From positions 310,001 to 374,000 of IMG/VR virus record IMGVR_UViG_3300032236_001850: DNA of 64,000 nucleotides; one strand, given 5' to 3'. The first letter of the stretch is position 1, and each line of letters starts with the position of its first letter. The position numbers were made by a program, and so were the translations under genes. The notes beneath the pieces were generated by a model. It was not told where the DNA came from. It worked only from the letters and a program-made list of their open reading frames with translations, and did not search any database. Shown one piece after another: positions 1 to 9,975 of the stretch.

Positions 1-17
1 ACGAGGAGGCTTCTCCC

Positions 18-929
18 ATGTATGACGAGATACCAGAAGTAAAATCAATATCTGATGATGGATATGAGATAGAGGCAGAAAGATTTGATGATGAAAATCA
101 GGATCCACCATTTGGTAAGGTGTTACTAACAAAGGATTCTCCTAAAAATGTTAGACTTTCCTTTCATAACTATAAAGGTAAAAAAATTAAGGATTTGTGG
201 ATACCTAAGGATCATTGCCAGATTAAGGACGGTAAGGATGATTCGTGTTTGGTGACAATACCTGGTGATAGCAATTGGTTAAATTCTGATGAGAATAGAA
301 ATAAACTTGAGGATTTTATAGAGGGATTATATAATAGTAAGATGAGGGATAAGCTTTATTCCGATGATATAATTGAAACCATAAAAAATGACGTGTATCA
401 TATAATGGATATGATCGGTATACCTTGTGAGGTTGTAAGTGTTAATAAACTTGATGGTGATAACGAATATGAGGTTGTGTTGGATAATGATATTTCAATA
501 GACGTTAATAAAAAATCAGCAAAAGAGCTTCTTGGAAATTTTAAGATGTACAAGAACAATAGAGAAACATCTCCTTCGGTTGAGATAAAAAGCAAGGGTG
601 GAAAGCATAATTTTTATTTCTATAACGAAGATTTGCCAAATTTAGAGGATGAATCAGATTTAATAGACGTTAAGAAGAATCATAGATTATATTACTTGCT
701 TAAAAAATCATTAGGTGTTGATAATAATGAGGATAGAGAAATTTTTTACAATCATTTTGAGGCGAAATCTAAAAATTTTAACAATGAGAATGGCGAAAAA
801 CTAAATCCTGAAATGAAAAGAATGAGAATTGAGGACGGTAAAAAGTTAAAAGATCTTAAGAATATTGCAAGTACTTTTAAACCAGAGAATGAAATAATAA
901 AAATATTTCCAAAAAACTTAGTAAATTAG
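18..929 (+). CDS. hypothetical protein, probably 5'-truncated by the window edge
   Basis: 303-aa ORF; frame is open from position 3 (EEASP-M), so the true start may lie upstream; no recognisable motif. Confidence 0.7.
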   Translation: MYDEIPEVKSISDDGYEIEAERFDDENQDPPFGKVLLTKDSPKNVRLSFHNYKGKKIKDLWIPKDHCQIKDGKDDSCLVTIPGDSNWLNSDENRNKLEDFIEGLYNSKMRDKLYSDDIIETIKNDVYHIMDMIGIPCEVVSVNKLDGDNEYEVVLDNDISIDVNKKSAKELLGNFKMYKNNRETSPSVEIKSKGGKHNFYFYNEDLPNLEDESDLIDVKKNHRLYYLLKKSLGVDNNEDREIFYNHFEAKSKNFNNENGEKLNPEMKRMRIEDGKKLKDLKNIASTFKPENEIIKIFPKNLVN

Positions 930-944
930 TAAAAATAACGAAAC

Positions 945-990
945 AAAACTCCATTATGTAATCTACAATGTTTATGTAATGGAGTTTTTG
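945..990 (+). terminator. stem-loop, putative intrinsic terminator or operator
   Basis: Perfect 12-bp inverted repeat AAAACTCCATTA (945-956) / TAATGGAGTTTT (977-988), extendable inward with G-U pairs; intergenic. Confidence 0.5.
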
Positions 991-1031
991 TATGTGAAGA
1001 ACTCGAAAAAGAAAAAAGAAACTCTAAAATA

Positions 1032-1688
1032 ATGATATCAGGTATTAAAAATCTTTTTTCCTCAAAAAATAAAAAACCTAAAAGAATGAATTTAGCTGAA
1101 ATTAAAACTATTGATGAAGTAAAAGCGCTTTATAACAATATGGAATTCCAATGGATCAAGGGTGATGATGTTGGTGCTATTGAATCTTATAAGAATGTGA
1201 CATCTGTTGGTGATGATTTTTTCCTTGAGTTTAACAGTGGCAAAAGAATGAATGTGAATCTTGTGGATGAGTTTCTGATGTACTATCCAGCCCCACCTAA
1301 ACAGGATCTTGGAATAAAAGCTGAATTTGTTGAGGTCTCTAAACCTTCAAGTGTTACGTCAATAATCTATAATGACACTCCGACTAGAAATGAATTCGAA
1401 GAATCACCGATATATAAGCTGTTAAAAAAGCAGAAAAAAAATTCTGTTGAGGTTGGAATAAAACTCAAATTAAACCTTCCATCAAAAGAACTCTATGGCG
1501 TTTTATCAAGTTCATTTGAAGATGCGGAGAAAGAAATAATAGATTTTGTTCTCTCTGGTGTTGATATAGATGATATTAAGGCATCACTTGCTGATTCGAT
1601 AAAAAGAACCTATTACGTTTCTGAAGATAAAAAGGAAACAGTGAAACCTGCTAGAGGTCAAGCAAATAAAAAAGAAACAAATGAGTAA
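1032..1688 (+). CDS. hypothetical protein
   Basis: 218-aa ORF (start could be a later Met, MNLAEIK); overlaps next gene by 8 nt. Confidence 0.75.
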   Translation: MISGIKNLFSSKNKKPKRMNLAEIKTIDEVKALYNNMEFQWIKGDDVGAIESYKNVTSVGDDFFLEFNSGKRMNVNLVDEFLMYYPAPPKQDLGIKAEFVEVSKPSSVTSIIYNDTPTRNEFEESPIYKLLKKQKKNSVEVGIKLKLNLPSKELYGVLSSSFEDAEKEIIDFVLSGVDIDDIKASLADSIKRTYYVSEDKKETVKPARGQANKKETNE

Positions 1689-2265
1689 AGAAAAAATATT
1701 ACTTGAAACCCCCAAATTTGATGTTGTAGAAAGAGGTGAAAAACCTGGTGTAGTTTCAAGAGTTGAGACTGTTATGATCCTCCCCTTTATAAGCGACGAT
1801 CAGGGGCTACCTTTAATGATTGGTGTTCTTAAAGAACAAAATCTTTTCAGAGATGGCGGAAATGCTCAAAGTCTAATAACAGGAACATGTGACGAGGAGG
1901 ATCCTGATTATTTAGCAACAGCAAAAAGGGAGCTTCTTGAGGAATCAGGCTATGATGTACCTGATAATAATAAGTGGTATTTTTTAGGTACAGTTTCCGG
2001 AAATAAATTTGTTGACAAAGAATACCCATCCTTTGCAGTTGATGTTACAGGAATAGAAAAGGGTAAAGCAGAGGGTGATGGTTCGGAGCAAGAAAAAAAT
2101 GCAGTTTTCCATTTCATTCCTGCAAACGATGTCGTAAAAGCCAAGGATATTTTTATACCTGGTCTTTTTCTAAAGCTTTTTAAATTTGTTGTTGGAATGG
2201 ATTTATACAACAGAGAAGATTCAGTTTTCGGTAAGGAGAGTGGATTTAATGATGTTGAAATTTAA
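1681..2265 (+). CDS. Nudix hydrolase (ADP-ribose pyrophosphatase-like)
   Basis: Nudix box variant GTCDEEDPDYLATAKRELLEESGY preceded by the VMILPF strand. Confidence 0.85.
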   Translation: MSKEKILLETPKFDVVERGEKPGVVSRVETVMILPFISDDQGLPLMIGVLKEQNLFRDGGNAQSLITGTCDEEDPDYLATAKRELLEESGYDVPDNNKWYFLGTVSGNKFVDKEYPSFAVDVTGIEKGKAEGDGSEQEKNAVFHFIPANDVVKAKDIFIPGLFLKLFKFVVGMDLYNREDSVFGKESGFNDVEI

Positions 2266-2275
2266 TATGTAATTT

Positions 2276-2566
2276 ATGAGCAACAGAAGACAAAGAAGAC
2301 AAATTTTAAGATCGATGGGTTTATTAAATATATCTAAGAAAGATCCATTTGATAACAAAGCAAAGATAGAGGAGGGTAAAAATAAACACCGTCTGCATCT
2401 TCAGAATGTTAAAAACAACCAAATACAAAAAGAAAATAAAAATGATTCCGAGGATGATTTCTTCATGTATAGACAACAGGATTCGGAATATTCTTCGTTC
2501 CAATCCATGCTTATGAAAAGAGATTGGGATAGTCTGGAATCTAATGATGCTAATGCAGGAAATTAA
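2276..2566 (+). CDS. small hypothetical protein with basic N-terminus
   Basis: 96-aa ORF MSNRRQRRQ..., tightly packed in the operon. Confidence 0.65.
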   Translation: MSNRRQRRQILRSMGLLNISKKDPFDNKAKIEEGKNKHRLHLQNVKNNQIQKENKNDSEDDFFMYRQQDSEYSSFQSMLMKRDWDSLESNDANAGN

Positions 2567-2879
2567 AGTAAATTTTTATTTATCGAAATATTCACCTAAA
2601 GAGGCCAAGAAAAGATCAACAATTGGTTCAGATTTCTATGTTGTGGATATATCCAAAATAATAAGAGATCTTGGTTATGAACTAGATAATCTAACTAGAG
2701 AATCGGAGTTTGTAATAAACTACACTATTCGAAAGAAAATACTACAAGGAATATATAGTACAAAGTGTGATGGTATACTTGTGTGCTATAAGAACATAAA
2801 TCAAGATTTTATAGAAAATCTTGAAAATCTATTAGACGAACACCCAGAAGAAATACAGTATTCCATTCACAATCTTTAA
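2544..2879 (+). CDS. hypothetical protein
   Basis: 111-aa ORF overlapping the previous gene; exact start uncertain. Confidence 0.65.
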   Translation: MMLMQEIKVNFYLSKYSPKEAKKRSTIGSDFYVVDISKIIRDLGYELDNLTRESEFVINYTIRKKILQGIYSTKCDGILVCYKNINQDFIENLENLLDEHPEEIQYSIHNL

Positions 2880-2891
2880 AAAAAAGATTAG

Positions 2892-4748
2892 ATGTTTATG
2901 GGTCCAACGATAAATACTGGAACTAGTGCTCCTACATTAGAGGAGATTAGAGGCCAAGGTATATTGAACACCTCTGTTCAGAAGTGGAGTAATTTAGGTT
3001 CTGATAATCCATTCAAAGGTCCAACTGCAAGAACTCTTTTCTATGAGGCTGCAAAAAGAAAACCGGGTAAATATGGGCAATTTTTACTTTACTCTTTCGG
3101 TAACCATGAAAATAATTTTATAGATGCCTATTACAGATCTGAAAACAGAGAACATAACAGATCGATATCTCCTAGATTGTCTAAAAATCCCTCGGCTGGT
3201 CATCTGGTAAGGGAAACCGGTAATCTGGAATCTGTTATTTATAATTGTAATCATTCGGTTACGGGACTTACTTCAAATCTCGAAAAAAGTATAGTTGGAG
3301 GATTATCTGCACCTTATTATTGGAAAGATTTTCTTTTCTGTAAATATTACGCAACGATCCCAAATAACTACATGATAACTTTAAGAAGATTTCCTACCCC
3401 AGTTTTGGATAATCTCTCAGTTCCTGCTGCTATAAAAACAAGCGGTGCTTTCAATATTGAGGGTGCTGCAAGACCTGTTGCACAAGCAGTAACATGGTTT
3501 GGTGGAAATACCGGAAATAAATTGAATGATTTACTGTCATTTAGTGCTGGTATAAAATGGAAAGAAAAGGATCAAAGCTCAATAGCTGAACAGCAATCCA
3601 TGACTCAAGGATTTATAAACGATGGTTCAAAAATTATCGGTGATGTTTTTGGTAGTGGAATAGGTGACAGCGGATTTCTTAAAAATGGTAAATCTGTGCT
3701 TGAATCGTTAGGTATTGCAGCAGATCCAAGTAATACCAGTATAGAGAATTACAAATTTATGAAATTCAGGGAGTTGATTAAAGATAGTAGACAAGGTGCT
3801 GGACTTATGGGTGAATATATTTGGACATCTGTCGATGTTGTTAATAAAACACACCTCAGAGATATGGGCTTGCCTTTTACATGGGGTTCTGGAGCTATAT
3901 CAGTTAACTTCGAATATGAATTAACATCAGTCGGTGAGGTTAACAGTAAAGCAACAATGTTGGATATTTTGGGTAATCTCCTAAGTATCGGTACAAATTA
4001 TGGTTCCTTTTTAACCCCTGATTTTAGATATAATGCAAATTTATCCGCATTTGGATTTCCTGGAGGTAATAAAGGACTTGAAACTTTTTATAAAAATCCC
4101 TTAAAGTGGTTTGTTGATTTTGGCGATAAACTTACAAATCCATCAAATAAAGATGCATCAGCAGATAGTCTAAACAGAGGTGGTTTTAGTAGTGATCAAC
4201 TTGCAGAATTTAAAAATCAAATGCAAACATTAACAAAAAATGCAAATGGTAACTTTTCAGCTGTTGCTGATGCATTGAAAAAAACTTTTGGTGATGCTGC
4301 TGAAAGATTGCTTCAATTAACAGTAACACCAACATTAATTGAGGCTTTCCAATTTCCAGCCAGTATTTTAACAGGTGCACCAATAGGGGAATGGCATCTT
4401 GTAATAGGTAATCCTTGCAATCCCATAGCTATGATTGGAAATCTTATATGTGAAGGTGTTAAAATATCTTTTGGAGAGGTTTTAGGACCTGATGATTTCC
4501 CTACCACTTTGAAAGCCACATTCACTTTGAAACATGGTAGAGATAGAGAAAGAGGTGAAATTGAAAGTATCTTCAATAGAGGTGATGGTAGACTTTACCA
4601 GTCATCAATGCCAACTACAGCAGATTCTCAATCAGTTAATGGAATAGTAAACTCGGAAGGAGCTAATCTTCAATTAGCTGTCAGTGGAGCACTTTCTGGA
4701 GACTCTTATGGTAGGACAGTAAATAACCAACAATCACCTGGAAAATAA
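2892..4748 (+). CDS. putative baseplate/tail-tube-initiator-type structural protein
   Basis: 618 aa; directly upstream of gp53- and gp27-like genes; C-terminal strand pattern (IGNLICEGVKISFG...FPTTLKATFTLK) resembles tube-fold baseplate proteins; assignment mostly from context. Confidence 0.45.
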   Translation: MFMGPTINTGTSAPTLEEIRGQGILNTSVQKWSNLGSDNPFKGPTARTLFYEAAKRKPGKYGQFLLYSFGNHENNFIDAYYRSENREHNRSISPRLSKNPSAGHLVRETGNLESVIYNCNHSVTGLTSNLEKSIVGGLSAPYYWKDFLFCKYYATIPNNYMITLRRFPTPVLDNLSVPAAIKTSGAFNIEGAARPVAQAVTWFGGNTGNKLNDLLSFSAGIKWKEKDQSSIAEQQSMTQGFINDGSKIIGDVFGSGIGDSGFLKNGKSVLESLGIAADPSNTSIENYKFMKFRELIKDSRQGAGLMGEYIWTSVDVVNKTHLRDMGLPFTWGSGAISVNFEYELTSVGEVNSKATMLDILGNLLSIGTNYGSFLTPDFRYNANLSAFGFPGGNKGLETFYKNPLKWFVDFGDKLTNPSNKDASADSLNRGGFSSDQLAEFKNQMQTLTKNANGNFSAVADALKKTFGDAAERLLQLTVTPTLIEAFQFPASILTGAPIGEWHLVIGNPCNPIAMIGNLICEGVKISFGEVLGPDDFPTTLKATFTLKHGRDRERGEIESIFNRGDGRLYQSSMPTTADSQSVNGIVNSEGANLQLAVSGALSGDSYGRTVNNQQSPGK

Positions 4749-4759
4749 AATAATTTAAA

Positions 4760-5356
4760 ATGTCAAATTTTCAAATAGATACATTATCAAGAAATAAAAG
4801 TATATTTAATCCGGTACCTTCGAGGGATTCATCCGCATTTGGTATATGGGATCTTACCCGTTCTTCAATAAATTATTTGAGTGGAATGGGGTTGGATGAT
4901 TTTTTTGTTGTGACTGAATATTATCAGATGAGACCAGACATAATCGCTGCTATAAAATTCGGTGACCATGGTATGGTTGGATCGCTTCTTAAATTTAATA
5001 GTATAAGTAATCCATTTGCAATAATGGAGGGAAATGTTTTAATGATACCCAATTCAGATTCCATTGAAAATTCTTTTAATACTAAAACTAAATTAAGTCA
5101 GGCACAAGCACTTTCAGACAATAACACAAACACTGATCAAAACACACAATTTAAAAAAAATCAGGAGAGTAAGAAATTTAAGGTTAGTGATGCTAGAAGA
5201 AAATTTCTGGAGCAAAAAGTTAAAAATCAACCAAATATTGTGCTTCCTCCTAATGTACTTCAACCTAACGAGAAAGCAACACCTATGAAAAAAGATGGAT
5301 TCCTGATTTTTGCACCTAATGCAGGTGGTGGTGGATTTAATAAACCAGTTAATTAA
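4760..5356 (+). CDS. baseplate wedge protein, T4 gp53-like (LysM-like)
   Basis: RPDIIAAIKFG...LLKFNSISNPF matches the gp53-type RPDxIA..YG...N.I.NPF pattern. Confidence 0.7.
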   Translation: MSNFQIDTLSRNKSIFNPVPSRDSSAFGIWDLTRSSINYLSGMGLDDFFVVTEYYQMRPDIIAAIKFGDHGMVGSLLKFNSISNPFAIMEGNVLMIPNSDSIENSFNTKTKLSQAQALSDNNTNTDQNTQFKKNQESKKFKVSDARRKFLEQKVKNQPNIVLPPNVLQPNEKATPMKKDGFLIFAPNAGGGGFNKPVN

Positions 5357-5358
5357 TA

Positions 5359-6897
5359 ATGACGGAGAAGGATATAAAAATAAATTCAATTGCTTTAAAT
5401 AACATCAAACTTGATGAGCTGCTAAAGGTCGATAATGCTGATGGATCGGAAGACATTAACGTACAGAGAGACACTAATGCTTCGGAGGAGAAATCTACAG
5501 GTTTGTTATCTCCTTATGTTTATATAAATGGTTATAACGTTTCCAGATTTATGACAAATTTTAATTTGGATCTTTCTGGATTTATGCCTGTTCTTAGATT
5601 TACATTTTCTGCTGCAGATACGATATTCATTTCAGTGAATTATCCAAAAGATGGTGATTTAGTTTCTGTATACATAAGATCTGCCGACAACTATTATAAG
5701 CCATTCAGAATGGATTTTCTAATACTTAGCGTTGTTGGTGATGTTTCTAGTTCATATTCTGATGAGGGATCAGATCCGGAAGGTGAATATTTTAGATTCT
5801 CTGTTATTGCTGAATGCTACATTCCAGGTATCTATAAGCAAAGAATAAAAGCATTTCCAAATATGAATTCAATAGATGCTCTATTGGAAGTGTCACAAGA
5901 CATAAATTTAGGCTTTTCTACGAACGATAAATCAACCAATGATATAATGTCTTGGATATGTCCAAACTATTCGTATTATGACTTTATACAGGAAATTGCG
6001 ATTAGATCATATAAGGATGACGAGGTAAGCTTTTATGATTGTTGGATAGATTCGTATTATAATTTGAACTTTGTTAATCTGGGTGCGCAATTTGCATTTG
6101 AGGGAGAAGTAAAAGAGGAATGTTATTTTGTTCCTGGTTATACCCCAAAAAGCCCAAAGGTTGATACAATTCCCGGAACACCAACACCTGGAATATCATC
6201 ATCTCCTCTACTTCTTACTAATTTTGCAGGATATGAGATAACCCCATTTTTTATAAATGGGTATACATTAACATCAAGAGCTGGTAATAATAGCAATCAA
6301 ATGGGCTATATTACAAGTATAGGTTTTTATGATGATATTGATCAACCTGGTAATCCTGTACAAAAATATGTAAAATATGATATTGAATCGATAACGACTG
6401 ATAATGTTTCAACTGGAACAATGTTACAGAAAGGCAGGGTAAAAAGTAAAGATTATAAGGAAGAAACAAGAAGTGAATGGCTCGGTGTGCTTAATAGATT
6501 TTCTGATGGTTCTGGTGTTCATCAGAATTATTTGCATTCTAAATATCAGAATCTTGTAAATCTAAATGATGTAACTAAAATGACATTGGAGGTTGAACTG
6601 TCAACCTATTATCCAGGTATAATAAGGGGTCAAGTAATACCTGTTGCAATATATGTTACTAAAGGTGGAAATCGTCAGCAAAATGTTGGTAAAATACCAA
6701 ACAATCAGCTAAATAAAACACTTCAGCCAACTCTTGATTCCTTTCTCTCTGGTAATTATGTTGTCATGGGTATGGAAGTTTATTGGACATTAAGTGGGGG
6801 AATGAGACAAAAATTAATATTAGCAAGGAGAACATGGCAAGCAAATTCATCGGGTGCTACACAAAAAGGTTCACCAATAAGCATACTTAACAGATAA
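5359..6897 (+). CDS. baseplate hub protein, T4 gp27-like
   Basis: 512 aa between gp53-like and gp5-like genes; C-terminal LSGNYVVMGMEVYW...QKLILARR typical of hub proteins. Confidence 0.55.
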   Translation: MTEKDIKINSIALNNIKLDELLKVDNADGSEDINVQRDTNASEEKSTGLLSPYVYINGYNVSRFMTNFNLDLSGFMPVLRFTFSAADTIFISVNYPKDGDLVSVYIRSADNYYKPFRMDFLILSVVGDVSSSYSDEGSDPEGEYFRFSVIAECYIPGIYKQRIKAFPNMNSIDALLEVSQDINLGFSTNDKSTNDIMSWICPNYSYYDFIQEIAIRSYKDDEVSFYDCWIDSYYNLNFVNLGAQFAFEGEVKEECYFVPGYTPKSPKVDTIPGTPTPGISSSPLLLTNFAGYEITPFFINGYTLTSRAGNNSNQMGYITSIGFYDDIDQPGNPVQKYVKYDIESITTDNVSTGTMLQKGRVKSKDYKEETRSEWLGVLNRFSDGSGVHQNYLHSKYQNLVNLNDVTKMTLEVELSTYYPGIIRGQVIPVAIYVTKGGNRQQNVGKIPNNQLNKTLQPTLDSFLSGNYVVMGMEVYWTLSGGMRQKLILARRTWQANSSGATQKGSPISILNR

Positions 6898-6912
6898 AAA
6901 TAAGATAACAGA

Positions 6913-9294
6913 ATGTCATTAGGAGCAACGGATAAACAAAGGAGTTTATTTCTCAAAGGATTTAAACTTTCCAAACAGGGTCAATATGAGGATCCAACAT
7001 ATCTTGGATTTAAGATTGTTGTTGATTTTGGTACCCTGCCAATAAATTCGGAGGATGGACTACCACCGAGTCCACTTTTTAAGGCTACCAGTTATCTGTA
7101 TGGTAATTCCAATGATTTTTGGGCTAGAAATCCTTTCGGACAGGAGCAGTATAATTTCAGAACCCAAACAAATGTGGCATATTATAGTGCCACCAGTTAT
7201 CTGGAGGAGAGGGAAGCAGATTTCCAATATGGTGGTAAAAGATCGGATATGATAAGACAATTCACTAATTCATTTAGTGATCTTTTGAATAACACCCCGT
7301 GGTTCATTCAATCTATACAGGGTTTGGATGAACTTATGAAGGCTCCGAGGGGTGGATATGCGTCACAGGGTGATGCTGCCAATGTTTTTAATCCACAAAG
7401 AACAGCTAATAAAACTTTAACTTTCAATACTCTAGAATCCATGAATCTTAGAGTAACAGCTCTAGCTGATTTGTATAATCAAGCAACTTTTGATTATGAT
7501 TTTATGAGGGAGGTTGTTCCTAGGAATCTTAGAAAATTTACGATGTACATATTTGTTTCTGAAATAAGAAATTTCTTCAAAACTTCAAGACTTATAGGAT
7601 CATCTGCAGCATTAACAGCAATAGATGATTTATCATCATTACTAGGATCTGGTAATAATCCAGGAAGCAGTGTGGCTGCAGCAACAGATGTTGCTTCACA
7701 ACAAAATTCAACATATAGTAATGGTTCACCTGGAGATTTGAATCCTGCAAGTTCATTCAATTCCTTTGTTGGTAATATATTCAACCAAGCTGGCTTGGAT
7801 AATGATTTTTCATTATTGAAAAATCAGCAGGATCAGTCAGGTATAAAACCGATGCTTGTTTTTGAATGTAGAAATTGTGAATTTGATTTTAGTGAGAGCA
7901 CACCGATACCTACTGAAATACATGCAGGTACAGCACAGGGTAGCGCTACACCAGAATCTCAAAAATTCAAAGTGCATGTTGGAAGAGTAAGAATGAGAAA
8001 TCAATATCCTAATATAAGATTAGATGGTAAGCCTTTAGTACTGGGTGATAGCTGGGACGGTGCAAGATCATCAGTTCAGAAATCTCCAAGTGGAGAAGCA
8101 TCAGACCTGTTAAGTTTAGGTGGTGAACTGCTAACAAATTTTGTGAGTAATTCATTAAATGATCTTATAAATGAGGGAGTAGCAAATCTTGCAAAAAATC
8201 TGGCCGGTGCGGATAAAGCAGTTCTTGGTAATGCTTATAGTTTTAATCCAAGTGAGCTTTTAACGCATCTATCTTTTAACAGTGCCCAAGATTTTCTTTC
8301 TCAGCTGGGTGGAGCAAATATAGGTATAACTAAAACCACAATACCTAATCCACAATCTATGGGACTTGGTGGTCCACCAAATAGAATTTATAACGCTCCT
8401 TCGGGTGATGAATATCCAACTTCACCAGGACAGGATCTAGGTGTTCCTCAAAGAATTTATAACGCTCCTTCTGGAGATGCTTATCCAACTTCACCTGGAC
8501 CAGATCTTGGATTACCTCAAAGGGTTTATCCAGCACCGGGTGGTGATGAATATCCAACTTCACCTGGACCAGATCTTGGATTACCTCAAAGGGTTTATCC
8601 AGCACCGGGTGGTGATGAATATCCAACTTCTCCGGGACCAGATCTAGGTGTTCCTAATAGAATATATCCAGCACCTGGAGGTGACGAATATCCAACTTCA
8701 CCAGGACCGGATTTAGGTGTTCCTAATAGAATTTACCCACCAACCACTGGTGACGAATATCCAACTTCGCCTGGACCAGATCTAGGGGTTCCAAATAGAA
8801 TTTATCCACCAACTACTGGTGATAAGTATCCAACTTCGCCTGGACCAGATCTCGGAGTACCGAATAGAATATATCCAGCACCAGGTGGTGATGCTTATAG
8901 TGGAGTTCCTGGGCAGGATCTTGGGGTTCCAAATAGAATTTATCCAAGCCCATCTGGTGACGAATATCCTGGATCACCAGGAGCTGATCTTGGAGTTCCT
9001 GGAAGAGCATACGGAACGGTAAATCAAAACGTTTATCCGAATCAAGGTGTAGTTTCTAATAGTGGACAATTAATAAATGAAAATAATAGTTTTCAGCAAC
9101 CACCAGGTACAGTTTATAGTGCACCTCCTACCAACACTAACACAATATCAAGGGGTGACCTCGAAAAGGCATATCCACCAACTAGTGGGGATTTCAAGGT
9201 GGAAAAACCATTAAATCTTGGAAACCTAAAACCTCCTACTAAATATAATATAAGTACTGATGGATTTAATTCCGATAAAAATGACTTTGTATAA
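6913..9294 (+). CDS. putative tail/baseplate structural protein with Pro-rich tandem repeats
   Basis: 793 aa within the baseplate cluster; globular N-terminal region, nine 23-aa repeats near the C-terminus. Confidence 0.55.
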   Translation: MSLGATDKQRSLFLKGFKLSKQGQYEDPTYLGFKIVVDFGTLPINSEDGLPPSPLFKATSYLYGNSNDFWARNPFGQEQYNFRTQTNVAYYSATSYLEEREADFQYGGKRSDMIRQFTNSFSDLLNNTPWFIQSIQGLDELMKAPRGGYASQGDAANVFNPQRTANKTLTFNTLESMNLRVTALADLYNQATFDYDFMREVVPRNLRKFTMYIFVSEIRNFFKTSRLIGSSAALTAIDDLSSLLGSGNNPGSSVAAATDVASQQNSTYSNGSPGDLNPASSFNSFVGNIFNQAGLDNDFSLLKNQQDQSGIKPMLVFECRNCEFDFSESTPIPTEIHAGTAQGSATPESQKFKVHVGRVRMRNQYPNIRLDGKPLVLGDSWDGARSSVQKSPSGEASDLLSLGGELLTNFVSNSLNDLINEGVANLAKNLAGADKAVLGNAYSFNPSELLTHLSFNSAQDFLSQLGGANIGITKTTIPNPQSMGLGGPPNRIYNAPSGDEYPTSPGQDLGVPQRIYNAPSGDAYPTSPGPDLGLPQRVYPAPGGDEYPTSPGPDLGLPQRVYPAPGGDEYPTSPGPDLGVPNRIYPAPGGDEYPTSPGPDLGVPNRIYPPTTGDEYPTSPGPDLGVPNRIYPPTTGDKYPTSPGPDLGVPNRIYPAPGGDAYSGVPGQDLGVPNRIYPSPSGDEYPGSPGADLGVPGRAYGTVNQNVYPNQGVVSNSGQLINENNSFQQPPGTVYSAPPTNTNTISRGDLEKAYPPTSGDFKVEKPLNLGNLKPPTKYNISTDGFNSDKNDFV
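8383..9003 (+). repeat. coding tandem repeat, 9 x 69 bp (23 aa)
   Basis: Consensus RIYPAPGGDEYPTSPGPDLGVPN; 69-nt period checked (units start at 8521 and 8590). Confidence 0.95.
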
Positions 9295-9296
9295 TT

Positions 9297-9974
9297 ATGC
9301 CTAGTGAAAAAACCTACCTCGGTCAGATTGTAGATATTAGTGATCCACTTAAACAGGGAAGAGCTAAAGTTGCTGTTTTTGGTCTCTTTGATAACATACC
9401 AATAGAGAATATACCATGGGCTGAACAAAATTCAGGTTTATCTTTTGGTTCCAATTACGGCGGAGGTAATATAACAGTTCCTAGACTTGGTGCGGTTGTT
9501 TCTGTTCACTTCGAAGAGGAAAACTACTATAAGATAACATATGACTATATTAAAGAACAGTCACATGATATTGCAGCTGAATTGCAGGAAGAAAATTCAT
9601 ACGAAGGAACTCAATCAATTGTATTTGATGGTGAAGCTTTACCAGGAACACTGAAGATAATATACACCAGAAAGAAAGGTCTAGTTATGGCTTTGGGTGA
9701 TGCCAAAGTTCAACTTGACACACAGAATGGTGGTGAACTTAGAATAGTTATTAAAATGGGTGATGATGAAATTAGAATGGAACAGAATAAAGTTATAGTA
9801 AAGTCTGAACATATTGAACTTGGTGAGGGTGCTGTTGAAAAACTTGTTAAAGGTAGCACGTTTTTAAATTACTTCAATTCACATACCCATCAAACCGGTG
9901 TGGGACCTTCTGGAGTTCCAATTGTTCTTATGACGGATGCAGAACATCTTAGTCAAGTTTCAAAAACAAAATAA
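9297..9974 (+). CDS. baseplate central spike, gp5/gpV-like (OB-fold, no lysozyme domain)
   Basis: N-terminal DPLKQGRAKVAVFG...PWA...VPRLGAVVSVHFE (Gp5 OB domain); C-terminal FNSHTH metal-binding apex motif. Confidence 0.85.
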   Translation: MPSEKTYLGQIVDISDPLKQGRAKVAVFGLFDNIPIENIPWAEQNSGLSFGSNYGGGNITVPRLGAVVSVHFEEENYYKITYDYIKEQSHDIAAELQEENSYEGTQSIVFDGEALPGTLKIIYTRKKGLVMALGDAKVQLDTQNGGELRIVIKMGDDEIRMEQNKVIVKSEHIELGEGAVEKLVKGSTFLNYFNSHTHQTGVGPSGVPIVLMTDAEHLSQVSKTK

Positions 9975-9975
9975 C

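Noticed and set aside
1681-2265. Nudix hydrolase as partner of the NMNAT-like domain (NadM-Nudix-type pathway)
   Set aside because: About 60 kb apart and substrate cannot be inferred from the Nudix box; no evidence of linkage
8383-9003. 69-bp repeats as a CRISPR array; YPTSP as a mimic of the RNA polymerase II CTD
   Set aside because: No unique spacers and variation is mostly synonymous, so it is a coding repeat; the 23-aa period does not match the YSPTSPS heptad and the context is a bacteriophage
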